Origin: Fimbriosthenelais zetlandica
Taxonomy: Eukaryota
Direction: 5' to 3'
Assembly (NCBI GenBank): GCA_977030845.1
Contig: OZ365116.1
Location: 3,038,001 to 3,102,000, forward strand
Length of the DNA: 64,000 bases
Part shown: in pieces, positions 27,205 through 41,000 of the stretch
How positions within the stretch are numbered: the stretch's first letter is position 1
Layout: every line of letters starts with the position of its first letter
The notes under the pieces: generated by a model
Databases searched by the model: none
What the model was told of the DNA's origin: nothing
Seen by the model: the letters and a program-made list of their open reading frames with translations, nothing else
Made by a program: the position numbers and the translations under genes

Positions 27205-27445
27205 AGCCCGAAATCCACCAGCCCGATTTTCATCCCGATTTTGCCATCTTAAGCGATCACAGGCGATCGGGACCCCAAAAGAAAGATCCGTTCCGATGAT
27301 CGGGCTAATGGATACCAAAATCTTGGGACCGGCGCCAATATTTCAATGGTAAATCAACAGAGAAATGATCCGTAACGATTTTATTTTGATCTTTGCCGAT
27401 CACAAAAATCGGTGCCCTCAAAGATCGTACAGTGGATGTCGGCCT
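27205..27445. mobile_element. PIF/Harbinger-type MITE, copy 2
   Basis: Clearly similar to 16236-16465 over its full length, same orientation, with a short insertion near 27285; TIRs slightly decayed; TTA-like flanks. Confidence 0.75.
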
Positions 27446-28829
27446 TAGGGCTATCATAGTGAGACATGCCATCTCCCTATAACTCTATATCACCACTGGG
27501 TATGAATAACCTATAATGAGACAGGTAATAAGGTTTACCTCCAATAAAGCGATTAGCAGCCATTATAAGGGGAAAGATGAAGGTATAGATTGTATATAAT
27601 GCTGCCAGAGAACTGCATAAACTAGCTTGATTAGTTTACCTTGGCCTTGCAGGTAATGTGACCATTGTCTCTCGTACCAGACTCCTCTAATCTAGCACCT
27701 TATCAGTATGGATATATGGAATACAATCTATCATCTAATAGCTGGAGTCCGGGTCTCGCCATGCAAGCCTTTAATCACATGGCATGTTGTATAATAGCGC
27801 GCTGTTATCTTCTTCCTATCGCTGGGTATCACATTAGGGGTTCCTCTATCGGCCAGCATCTGCATTTATACTCCCTCTTTTAACCACTTAGGAATATTCA
27901 TAGCAGTTCACAACTTAATGAATATACTGTTTCTAGTGCGGTTCCTGTAATGATTTAATTGAAATGGATATGAACAAATGATTACATGTAAGTGACAATA
28001 TCTAGGCAGTTCACTTTCCACTCTGAAGGAGGCCTGAAACTGATAGGGGAAATGGGATAGTAAGAAAGATGGAAAGCACGGAAAGGGACGGAGAGAGATA
28101 GGCATATCTTACATACTTCCTTCAACAGCTCCGATTCAATTGAGAAATAATTAAAAGCCTTTGAGTAACTTTTCGAAACATAACCATGCAATGCATTCAA
28201 TTGAAATTGCAGAAATATTAGCTTGAATTACTCCAAAGAATTCGTTTTTTTCTCATCAAACTTTGAAGAATGTTTTATTGGAACATTTGAACTCCTTCTT
28301 GTCTTTTCTTTCTGTCTCATCATTTTATCCTGCCTTCCCACATTGTGAAACTTTTCCTCGTTATTCGAGCAGACATTACGCGAGAAAATGCAATTTCCTA
28401 TAAAGTTACTGTTGATGAAAGTAAATTAAATCTGGTGAAATACAAGCTAAAAACAATGATTTCATCAACTGTGAAGAAACTTTCTGCTAGCAATATTTTC
28501 TTTTAACTAATTGGCAAATCTGTGAGAGCTTTGCCAGAAGCCAGTATTAGGCCAGATGTGACCTTTGCCAGAGTCAGCATTGAATGCATGGATGATGAAG
28601 AGGCAAATATGATCATTCATCAAACCTCATGTATTCTATATTGCCCCGCTACAGAGAGCTTGTGATCGTATCATATCTTTTATTCCATTCACACCACCCT
28701 AGTCCTCCTGATAATAGAACAATTGGCGGGCCTCATCCCTAATGTATATCCCCTGCTCTCCCCCTGCCTCTCCAATGTTCAGCCACCCTGTGCTTTGACT
28801 TATCCATTGTATTTTTATATTCTTTCCAG

Positions 28830-29021
28830 ATCCTGTTTTACAGTTCCTTATGACAGGCCTACAGCAGCCGTTGCTGGCCACCGTGGCAGCTAACTCCCTA
28901 CAGAGTGTCTGCTCACAGTGCCAGGAGCAGATGATCAACCACTTCCCGGGCCTTCTACAGATCGTCCAGGCCGTCGATTCCTTCAACGTCACAAACGAAG
29001 CTGCCATCGGACTACTCAAAG
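28830..29021 (+). CDS. TNPO3: TNPO3 exon (192 nt, phase 1/1)
   Basis: tttccag|ATCCTGTT...CTCAAAG|gtaatg; (D)[30 protein letters not shown]...EAAIGLLK. Confidence 0.95.
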
Positions 29022-32000
29022 GTAATGTTGATTTCCGTGTCAACCCCAAAGTGACATGTGACAGGGCTAACCTGGAAATGACCATGGAATGTATGCATGC
29101 TGGGATCCATGGTACCAGGCCATTCCGGCCTTCAGTTAATCTACAGCCAGGTGACAGCACTGACACAATGATTAATGGCCCACCAAACTCACTCATTATA
29201 TCCCTATGTCAATTACCAAGGATTAGGAAAAGAAAGGATTTCCTTTACCACTTTTAATACGGGTAATACTGTACTGAATTTAAGTTGGGAGATAATATTG
29301 AATTAGGTTGTTAGAAGTTGTTTAAGGTTTAAAGTATCCATATGTTGTAGGAGTTCTGAGTGTCACTATGGATTAAGAGATAGCGAGGTGTGACAGTGAC
29401 AGTGTGAGGGTTAGATGTCATATATAGGCCTACTTGTAGGTGGCATGTCGGAGTAGTTAATGGCATGTCATTGAGTACATCCCCTGCCTTCACCCTGACT
29501 TAACACCTCAGTGTGAACCCATGTATAGTGAATGATGGACTAGTCCATCATCATTAGCCGCCATTTTGCCCAAGGCTCACATGCTATGTCACGTGAGAAA
29601 GCATACAAAACGGAAGTGATGTCATTGCAATAGGAATGGATGCATCACGGAAAGGCTATACAGTATAAAGTATAGGTACTAAACGGCAACTCAGAGCATT
29701 GTGTGAATACACCATCTTTTGGTTTAGGTTTAGTATTGAAGATCTCTGCCCTCTTTTCATTCAGTATTTAATGTTTCATGACTCCTGGTTCCATGCCCCA
29801 TGATGCTTGCTTTCACCCACTTCGGAGCAATAAAAGTTGCAAACTTAAATTCTCAGGAATAACTAACAGGGCGTTGTAGTGTGAGAGGAATTTAAACTAA
29901 CTTAAATCAATTTCGTTTCCGATGCAAATTGCGTAATTACTCCTGATTGCTTCTTTCATGGAAGAAAAACACAGAAGGAAAACACGGCAGCTTTTGGACA
30001 AAGCGCGACCATTAAAATGCTTCATTACTGCGCGGACTCCCGCTCCATTTAGACCCGTCGCGACCAGGAATCATTTCCAAAAGATTGGCAAAGCCTAAAA
30101 AAAAATCCAATAATTTCCATTGATTTGGTTTCCATATCTTTGGTGATTTGTCTGCTCACATTCCGATTCGTGATCTCAAAGTTTTCATTAATTTGTAAGG
30201 GACGGGTCCATTGACTTTATCTCCGCTCCATCCTGCTATTGGATTGAAATCTTAACACTTGGGAAAATATATTGACGTTTAATGTCTCCATTTTAGCAGA
30301 TTCAAATTGGTAGCATCAGGTTTTATGTCTTTATGTGAAAACTTTTAGTTTTGATTAAGAAAAAATGCGTGATTAATTGGAATTCCGCGCTGGGGTGCCT
30401 GCCTTTCGATTTAGACTCAAGATAAAAAAGGTGTGAGAACGGGTCAGACGTATTGATTTTGATGTCAACTTTTGTCTTGTTTTTTTTTGGAGGGGACATG
30501 GTCTGCCATATTGTTTCTTCATTTCCCACCCTTCATCAATACTTCTGTACACGAAGCTCTTCCGGCCAAGTTATCGGCCTGTTACTAATTAAATTAATTA
30601 GGCAAGTAATGTCTTAGCTAATTACACGGAGTAGAGCCCCCTGAGGTGGAACATTGTATTTGAAATAATTACAAACCTTCCTCCGCTGCCAAGATTCTAT
30701 GAAGACTCTTCCTCATTTGAATTATATATATGAGACTTCTGATCAGTACATTTCAACTTTTATATTTTCATTCTGAATATAATATTTCATCATGAAAGTA
30801 TACCTCAGATGTCATTCCTGGTTTCGTGAATTTAATTTTGCTTCAACTTATTTTGGAGGTCTTGGAGGTAATACAATAAGTCGTGATTACTTGGAGTGCC
30901 TTTAGCGCGGTAATGATGATCCCCTCCTTCCTCCTGATGTCTCAGAGCTGGGCTTACTGGCAGCCCTCACAACTATGTCATGTCATACCTACCCTGCCTG
31001 GGGTGGTCCAAAATACCAGCTCTAATGTAGCTTTAATGATGTCTGATTGTAGGTACGGGCCTCATCCTGGGGAAGATGCCACATGCTAAGGTGACAGACG
31101 GACTTAAACAACTCTGTATCCTGCAGATTGATCCGCTTAAAAAGGTAAAGTCAAAGTATAATGACGGAATAATCAACTCTAATTGTTTACTACAGGGATG
31201 ATGGATGACTATGTAATAAAGTTCCCCACACACTGCGCCGACCCTTCATAAACGGTCGATAATCTGGCAGATTTCTACTGGCCGATAATCTGGCAGATTT
31301 CTACTGGCCGATATGTGCGCTTGGCTTGGTGTGTGAAGGGCTTTAATTGTACATCGATCATCCCTGATTATCTTATTGCTGTTGAATGCTGATACTGTAT
31401 CATTGATACAAATCACAGAGCTTTATGAAAACTTTCTGATCTGATAGAAATATATCAAATGTAAAGTGAGTCAAATGTAAAGTGAAATGCGATTCCCATG
31501 TTATTCCCAAGTATTTCATCCTTCATATTTGTTCAGTGATTAGACGTGAGAAATATCATCGGCTTTATTATAGATTAGATGTCCTCCCTCATTTCTAAAG
31601 AATACAATCAGTTATTCTCCGAAACAATCTATCCTTTCTCACGTGAATATCACCTTTCTGTTTTTCTTTAGTAAATGATATGTTGTTATTGGTTTTTGTT
31701 TTGTTGTAATTCAGATTCTGACTGAGCAAGATTTGTCTAGTAAACCGGTGGCCGGTAGTAAGAATGATCCCACTCTGTGGCTGGATCGTCTAGCTGCCAT
31801 ATTCAGGTAAATTACAACCTTCATCTATCTCAATAAACTGCTGCCTTAGACACACATTGTCCCCGAGACACAAGTTTTTCATGAGTTCTGGCACTCTCCT
31901 GGCAACACTCGTGGACCACGAGTAAAAGAAGTTGTCTTGTAAGACGTCGACGAGGTGGACCAAGTTGCAAATGATTAGTATCATGGGTTGCATTTGTAGT

Positions 32001-35000
32001 ACTTGCACAAAAGTAGCTCTAGGACAAGTTTGCATTGCATTGCAATCAAAACTTTACTTTTTGAATGCAGCATAAAGCTAGCATTATATAAAGTAAGGTC
32101 GTGCTATTTTCCCAGAACTTTTAGCCAAAATTCCCTGAGGAAAAACGTGGAGAATCCGTCAAATGTAAACAGGTAATGATGAGTATGTGAGGTGCCGGCG
32201 GCAGTGGGAACCGCTGCAGTCTTATTCCAACTCATGTCTGCTGATATGTAGTGAGGAAATGAGCAGTGTGCACTGGGATGTATCCGCCATATTACTGACC
32301 ACATGCACCTATGTCACTACCCCTGTTTGCTGATGGTCAGCTGGGGGACGGTGGACCAGCAGGGACGGTCTTATCGTAGTTAGGTCTGCCCTCAGTCTAT
32401 ATAACATTCATGACCTTAGAGGCCTCCAAGCCTAGTCTATTCCTCTCCATTTCATGGCTTAAAAAGACCTTCCCCCACAGCTCCTAACGCTATCTTCCGG
32501 CTTTCACGTGACAAAAAACACAGTATGCGCAGGCCTTATCAGACTGGAGCAATGTTCCCCTTGTAAATTTCCGAATTTGTTCTGGAAGTTTGAAGTGGAG
32601 TAAAATCCCCTCTTTTCTATAGACCTTGTAGAGATATTAAAAATATTTCTCTACGCTAATTGTTAATTAAGCAGGATCAGGGACTGAGTTCCTCCTGATT
32701 GCACTTCACTTTGTAATTGGGTCTGCGTGTAAGAAAAGGTGGAAAGTTTCCTTCTATCTTGGTGACGTATGTTAGAAGTTGGTTTAGTTAAAATGAGTCG
32801 ATGGTGTCTATATGTGTGTCTGTGATATAGAAGCTTCTAGATAGATCCATTATAGAAGCCTTCTGATGTGCCGTGGGTATTTAGCTTATATCTGAGCTAA
32901 TTATCCTGACCTTCCCAGTCTAATTCAGCTGTTGTTACTTTACCTTGCCCCACCAAACGGACAACTTCTACCTGTCTTCTCCAACTTCTCAACCCAGCAA
33001 GCGGAAGTTTTGTCTCTTCCATTCCAAAGTCTCCAAATTAGATTTTCCAACAGCATATTTCAATTTTGCAGACTTTGCTATATTGCAGTAAACAGGAGAT
33101 GCCTGTGGTGAGAAGAAAATGTACATATTGACTTTGAATGTTTGATGATACAATTTACAGCTAACATCTGTCAGTGGTGTGAAGTGACTGCCTCTCTGAC
33201 GTCCCTGGAGTAAGCCATACTCTTGACGTCTGGAATATTTAGCTTAGCTGCCAATCACAGCCTTCCAACCTGCTTCATGTTACTTTATGATAAAATACAT
33301 TGGGGATCTAAATACCCGGCGGTCCTTAACTCCTGGAGTCTCAAATCAATTGTTTGGCTTCAGTATGTGAGGGATGAGTCGCTGGTCTTGTACCCCTTCT
33401 CCTCCCACAGTGGATGTAGGATGGCACAGCTTTCTCTGACCACACTCATTGTGTTTGCGCTGGATGTTTTCTACCTCCTCTCATTTTTGTGACTTTTGGA
33501 TCATGAGAAATGCCTCTGGGATGAGATGATTTATGTAATGTGTGTCTTCTGTCAATAAATCACCGCCATTTTTCTGTCTTTGCTGGCTGTCTGGGGACAT
33601 GGTTTTGTGGCACTGATCTCTTCTGTCACTGCGCGTTCTCGTTGGGAAGTCAGTTGATAAGACTACAATAATGGACTCACTGCAGGACAGTCGCAACAGT
33701 CGTGACAAGGCTGTCGCAACATTACGATGGCTGTCACAAGATTGGAAACATGGTGAACAACATGGTGAAACCTTGAATCCATATTTTCGTTTTCACTTGT
33801 CTGAAGGTTGATTTTGTCCTTCTGAGTAAGATTCCAGTTTGCTGTGTGCAATGCAACCATTATGGAAAGTTTCCAGATGAAATGTCATTGGGAATATGAG
33901 AATAATTCCATGATTCCAGGATGGGACTTGTAGCTGTAGTTGGGGAAGTTACATTGGTAACTGTATTTGTCCCCTGAGTGCTCTATCTAACACTGAGATT
34001 ACTCTCCTCCATATCTACAATCAAACTTTCCACTGTTCACTTCATATTTATACCAAGTGCTTTTGGCCCACTGTGAATATTACACTTCCCACTACTGTGA
34101 AGCCCCATTTGAACCAGATTTTAGCCAATTTACATCAAAATTCAGTTAATTAAACGACCGCGGCTCAGGCAAGATGGCAATCGGAACAAACAACTGCAAG
34201 TTGTCATTTCATTCTAGGTTGCCTGGAGACCGATTTTCATCTCAGTAAGATTTATAAAACCCCTTTCTCTTCCTGTCTGATTTTTTAGAAGGCAGTTGTT
34301 ATCTAGACAGGCTTGTGTCAGGGTTGGTCCCATAGTTCTGACCGCTTTAGAATCAGCCTTTCTTTAGGTAGAATCGTTTGTGAGATAGCAGTGTTGGGGA
34401 CGACTGGAGCCTACAGCCTGAGGATATGATTTAGTGATGAGACTCGGTGATACAATCATTCCCACTCTCTCATTATCTCCTCATTCTCCTCAGATGCTTC
34501 AGTCTCAAACTTGTCCCGGTGGCCAGTGTTATCTTCGCTTTCTTTCATTTCCTCGTCTTTATCCAAACTTCCCCATTACAGGTCCATTAAGAATCTAATT
34601 GTGTCAGCGTCTCAGTTTTTAAAAACTTTGTTTGGCGTCGTCCTTCGTCTGAGATTTTATGACAAATTTGTCCTCATTGAAGTTTGCATTTGGACCTTAT
34701 TAAGAAAGTTTGATTCAGAGAGATAAAGATGCAAAAAAGACAGCGAAAGACAGGGAGGGTGGCAGACAGAGACAGAGGGGGAGACAGAGAAAGACAGGCA
34801 GACGGATATTTCTCCATACACAGAATCTCTGTGAGAGAAACTCTGTGAGAGAAATATGTTTGGAAACGTCACCATCTGCCCGTGCTGAGGACTGTACAGA
34901 GATTGCTTTGTTTCTCCCACAGTTCCTCCCACTTCCTCTTCCCTAAAGCATTCACTTCCTCACAGCAGCCTTGCCTATTAACTGATATTAATTATTTAAT

Positions 35001-38000
35001 GTTTCCTCTGCATCACCAGCCCAGGTGATTTCTCAATGGATAACCAGGAGGACTCCATATGGCAGGGCAATTCATTCACAGTATATACTCGTATATCCCG
35101 CATTCTGATTGTAAAGCTTGATAGCGGATGTCGTAAATACTATCCAGTTCAATGACCTAGGCAGCTGATCATTTTGTTAGTAAATGGTATGAAAAGGTTC
35201 CACTTGGTCTCAAGACATCAACTAAGACATTCTGCCTAAAGAGACCCTCTCAATATGTTATCACTAAATGTTAAAAACCAAATGTTATAACAACACTAAG
35301 AAACACTCCCTAAAGCGACCACCTCACAATGTGACTGCTATAAAAGTTTATATTTATTTTTCAGACATACCAACCCATCAACATCAAACGGAGAACAGCA
35401 TCCCTGCCAGCCAGTCGTCTTGGAGGTAAACATTAAGCGTATTAAGTTACTTGTTTTAGATGGAACAGCGAGATGGCTTAATGGCGATTCTTAACGATTT
35501 CTAAATCCAAGAATAAATTAAATCCTCGGGTGTCTTGTGAAATGTATATCCTTGCTTTTGATCTCCCGAAACCATTGCCTGTAAATTGTCCTTTATAAAG
35601 TTTCCACATCCATTCCCAGTCAGACAATGGCTTCGTTTTGTCCTTGAATCTTTTGAAATGTCTTAAATGATTTAATGTTTTAACGTTATTTTCAGTTGTG
35701 GCCCGTTTTGTCAGACACTTGTAACAAATATCAGGCAGATTTACGCATCATTGAGCGCTGCTGTAGATGTATACGGTTCGCTGTTCGCTGTTTAGGAAAG
35801 GGTTCAGCCACACTCCTTACCCCACTCGTCACCCAGGTAAATAAACCTCCCATTCTCATGGCAACAGGTTCGATACTGATTGGGGAATTGTTATAGGAAT
35901 ACTGCACGAAACAGGGTTGATACTGCTTGGTGAATTGTTCTAGGAATACTGCACAATACAGGGTTGATACTGCTTGGGGAATTGTTATAGAAATACTGCA
36001 CGAAACCGGGTTGATACTGGTTGGTGAATTGTTATAGGAATACTGCACGAAAAAGGGTTGATACTGGTTGGTGAATTGTTATAGGAATACTGCACGAAAC
36101 AGGGTCGATACTGGTTGGTGAATTGTTATAGGAATACTGCACGAAACAGGGTTGATACTGGTTGGTGAATTATTATAGGAATACTGCACGAAACAGGGTC
36201 GATACTGGTTGGTGAATTGTTCTAGGAATACTGCACGAAACAGGGTCGATACTGCTTGGGAAATTGTTATAGGAATACTGCACGAAACAGGGTCGATACT
36301 GCTTGGGGAATTGTTATAGGAATACTGCACGAAACAGGGTTGATACTGCTTGGGGAATTGTTATAGGAATACTGCACGAAACAGGGTCGATACTGCTTGG
36401 GGAATTGTTATAGGAATACTGCACGAAACATGGTTGATACTGCTTGGGGAATTGTTATAGGAATAGATCACAAAACAAGGTTGATATTGCTTGGTTTCTT
36501 GCATTTTTCTCGTCATGACACTTCAGTAAAGAAAACGCCAGCAATCGACAGCGTGCAGATTAGATTTTCTAATCTAAGAGATATCCTGTTTTAATAACTG
36601 ACGTTTGCATTTACTTTTGATTCAGTGGATCCAGTTCTAAATACTTTAGTTTAAGTCATTTTCCCATAAACAGTGCTTGAAGACGGCCATGCAGGCGGCT
36701 GTTAATTTGCCTTTCTATTTATAAAAATCCAATCAGGTCAATATTCCATTCTTCCAGGGGAAATCTTTCCATTTGACAAAAGGGAGATTGCTTCTGGGAA
36801 CCCTCAAGGGGCTCATTGGATGAAGCATTCTTCCACTCAAGAAAAGACAAAAGGCTGTAATTTTGTTAAATTTCCTTTAACCTGGGGAGGCGTAATAGAC
36901 ATGCCTTATTGGGGAGATCCTCGTGTAGTGGGTTGTTTTTTGCTTCATGTCGGCTTGAGGAAGTCATTAACCGCCGTTTCTGACTTATACTCAGTGGGAT
37001 GGGAAGTAAAGGGGAGGCATTTTAGATAAAATATCTCCATATCTGTTCACGTGGAAGTGTTTGTGGTGGGAAGATCGAAATGAGATTGAGATAAATGGGA
37101 GGAGATGGCTTTTACGTCTCATTTACTCCACCCATCACTCATATTACTTAACACAAGTCAGTGGCGGATACACAGCCAGTTATGTTCAGCTCCACCAACA
37201 ATTTATACACCTTCATTTTGGGAGAGTCAATAATTTTTAAATTACTGCAAAAGAAAGACACCTGCACAGCAGGATGGTCTCATGGGCGCATCCCGGGGGC
37301 ATTGGAAATAGTGGAAGAGACACTTATATAAACGAGGCGGATGTTTAGCGAGGTTCATCAGTATAGGCAGGCTTTTTAAAGTGAGAGTTTAGAAGCTTTA
37401 AACAAGATATATCATGATGGAGCAGAGGTGAATATAAATATTTCCCTGACAAAAACTGTAACCACCTCGTTTATCAGGCTCTATTATATTAAGCATAACT
37501 TAAAGTTTTAACTTTGAATACCAGTGGAATTTCAGCTGCAGTCTTATGTTGCAAACTGCTTTAGACTTGTTGAATGTGTTAAACATTTTGAATAGGTTTG
37601 GGATAATTCATATACCTCTCCTTCAAGGTCTCTTCTTTTTCCACTTTTGATTTTTTCATTTGAGGGCATTGTTGTGGTTACAAACAAAGGCCTTGACAAC
37701 AGTGGTGGAGTCTATGATAAAGGCATCAGCTGCGGCTTTGTCTGATATATCAGCACTTCTCATTATCTCTCCTCAAAAACTTCACTTACAATGAGATGAC
37801 AATGAGAGTGCGGGATTAAACATTTGTTTGCACCAGGATAACTAAGTTCCCATCCTGCCATCTTTTCAATACAGAAACAAAAAACCTCATGTGTCCCCTA
37901 CAGTAGTGCTTTGTCAATCCATTCACTCATATTCTAGCCTCCTTCCTGTTACAATAAAATGACAGTAATTCAATTAAAATATACTTGATAGCTGGGAATA

Positions 38001-41000
38001 TATATATATTATTTCTTTTCAAGGATGTGAAAAGGACTCATATACTGCGAGGTCTTCAGTATAGGTCTATATATAATAAAAGGTTCTTTAGAAATTACTG
38101 TAGCAAGCAAGATATGAATATTTACATTAAAACTAGATAATAAAAGGAAATATGATAGGCATATCTATATATATCATAGTGTTCATAGAAGTCAAACAAG
38201 GTCAATGTCTACTGTTCAAATATCTAATGACGTGTTTTAGCCGATGTATCTCCCTTTACCATGGCCCCGCTCGTTAGCTTTTGTCAAAGATTAACCATGT
38301 GTTTTGGAAATGTATATAATTTACGACATTTGGGAATATTAATCAGCAAATATAGCATATATTACCCATTGGTAAATTGGCGATCAGGTGCTTGCTGCCT
38401 TATCTTACATATAACCGCTGTTGCGTCGTAATCTGTATTATTATCATGCTTGGTAATGTGTATTACTATTTTGCATTACTATATTACTTGGTAATGTTTA
38501 TGACTATTTTTTAATCATGATGGAGTAATATGTGGTGTATTTTCAGATGGTCTCGTTGTATACCGTGCACCAACACTCGTGCTTCTTGTACCTGGGAAGT
38601 ATATTAGTGGACGAGTATGGCACTGAACCTGGCTGTGTTCAGGGCTTACTGGACATGCTCCAAGTAAGTACATCCCTGCTCTCACCTCACCTCCATGTCC
38701 ACCCCGCCAGCCGTCACTACTCATCTACTCACGGCTTTAATCTACAACCACCTTCACTTTACAGGGTTCTCAACCCATGACCTCTGACTTGATTTGGGTT
38801 TTCTGGGGTCGCGCCCTTTTCTGACCACAAAGACAGTAATGTCTGTGAGTTAGAGACCATCCCTCTTATTGGCTTATTACGATCCCTGACAAAACTAGGC
38901 TCACTCTTTAAAGATTTTTGAAAGATCGTTCTTGAAGTACAACCAGTATTTTCATCTGCTCAATCTTATAGCATCATGCCATATGAACTGAGGTTTTTAA
39001 CACAAATGGAATGTGAAATATACTTTGTATCTTCCCATATGGATCACTTTGAATATTTTTCCATGCCATTAAATGTAAAGATGAAAGTGTTCAGTGCTGG
39101 AGATGATGACTTTTACCTCTCCATCTCCACCATCTCCCCTCTCTGTCCTCACAGATTCCTTCCTCTCAAGAGGAAAGCTTTCAGCTCCTCGCTCCATCTG
39201 CTGGCCCTCATTAGAAGCTCCACAGTCACCCCTTGCTATGGTGACATTTTATTTAAGGCCGAGATTCTTAAAATGGCATATCTCAGAATAACTTTGTACT
39301 TAATCTTAGGATGATAGAAAACTTGTATTTGTCAAGAAGTTTCCCGCTTTAGCTATATACAAATTGTGGTCATTACAGCGTTTTAAATCTTAAGATTTTA
39401 CATTCTGCCTCTCATCAAAATTGTCAATGTTTCGTACTGTATTAGCAAAATCTTTTTGTAGTCAATCGGTTGGAAAGTCAACTCAGTACATTTCAGACTT
39501 AAACCTGTCCCAACCCGACTCCATTTTTAAAGAGAAAAATTGCTTGAACCGCCAGCACTAAATTGCCAGGCCCGCTTCTCAATAGGCAGTTCCTGTTTCC
39601 TGCGTTTTTCACTGGCTACATGAAGATTTAACTACTTTCAGGCTTTCTGTGCACCAACTTTCAAGATTTTGGAGGAGACGAATGGACTGCGGAACCATCC
39701 AGACACGGTAGATGACCTCTTCAGACTCTGTCTGAGGTAAGAACCCCTCTAACTATACATCATACACTCTCTATACCTCCACTCATCCCCCTAACCCCTC
39801 TATACCCATCACCTTCCTCCCCCATTAAGACCAGCTAATTTCATATGAGACCTTCCCATCTCTATGATGTCTCTATCTCGGACATATTCCGTGAGAGCGT
39901 CTTACCTTTTCACCAAGGAGGAACACGAGGGCTTTTGTAATTACACGAGTGATTTGATGATGAGGATATATTCCCCGGAAGTGCTGGGAGCACTTCCTTT
40001 GTCACCAGACATACCCTCCATGTTATATGAGAGAGGGCTTGGGCAAAGGAAGTACATATACTCGGTCCTCTGCACAGTTCTAGATTCCTATGAACCATTC
40101 TTTTCAATGAATCTATTTTCTTTTGATCTTCTCTTTCTACCCTGATTCTTTTCCCCAATTTCATTGCTGTCTATAAGCGGCATTTCTTGCACTGCAATTG
40201 ATCTATGTTTAATTAATTCACTGGAATATCTTTCATTCTACGCGACCATCTGTTCGTGCATACTTGCTATGTGGGTTTGCCTCTATTAATATTTTTTCTG
40301 CATATTTAAGCCATTAATTGTTTCGTGATGAATACAGGGATGAGAATCTTTCAGGTTTTTTCCATTAGCCATTCTCCTCCATGTTAATGTTATTAGTTGG
40401 GATATAGCTGAACTCCTGGCCTCCCTGTAATAGAAGCGTCACATCCCAGTCAGGGCTAGATCTATCGGCTGTAGAACCTGCTTTGTTCTGGCCCTCCTCC
40501 CCACCCAGCACATTACCATAACCTTCTATAACAACCTTCCACACTGCAAAAAACACTCCTTATAGAATCCTTTAAGGCATTTTTCCATGGCTAAGAACGG
40601 AAATTAGTTTCTTAAATGTGCAAGCTTCCTGGAAGATAACTGGAAATAAAGCATATTGTTCGGTTTTGAAGGATCAAGTCCTTTTTCATCCGAATTCTTC
40701 CGGTCCTAACTCGATTCCCACTTGCAGTGGCATGGATGCGTGAGAGCATTTATTAATTTCAGAACGTATTTAAGATTTGGTTTCTTATTTCTTTCTCATT
40801 CTCGTCTTTTAATTCTTTCTTATACCCAAATGCCTTTCTCACGTCCTGCCCACTCTGCCCACTGATCCCAGCAACTTAAATGTGAGAAGGAAAGGTCAGT
40901 CTTGCTTCAGTTTATAAAGGAGCAGACCTTCAATGATATGCCACATCTCAAGTCAATGAGGATGAGTGTTGACGTTTTTCATCTTGTATAATCAAGCATG

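Noticed and set aside
28699-29196. 165-aa minus-strand ORF
   Set aside because: Antisense shadow of the TNPO3 exon at 28830-29021.
33200-33900. Several 65-89-aa ORFs in a TNPO3 intron with a faint Harbinger-like VVRESCAIL peptide
   Set aside because: No catalytic motifs, TIRs or splice chain; could not assign.
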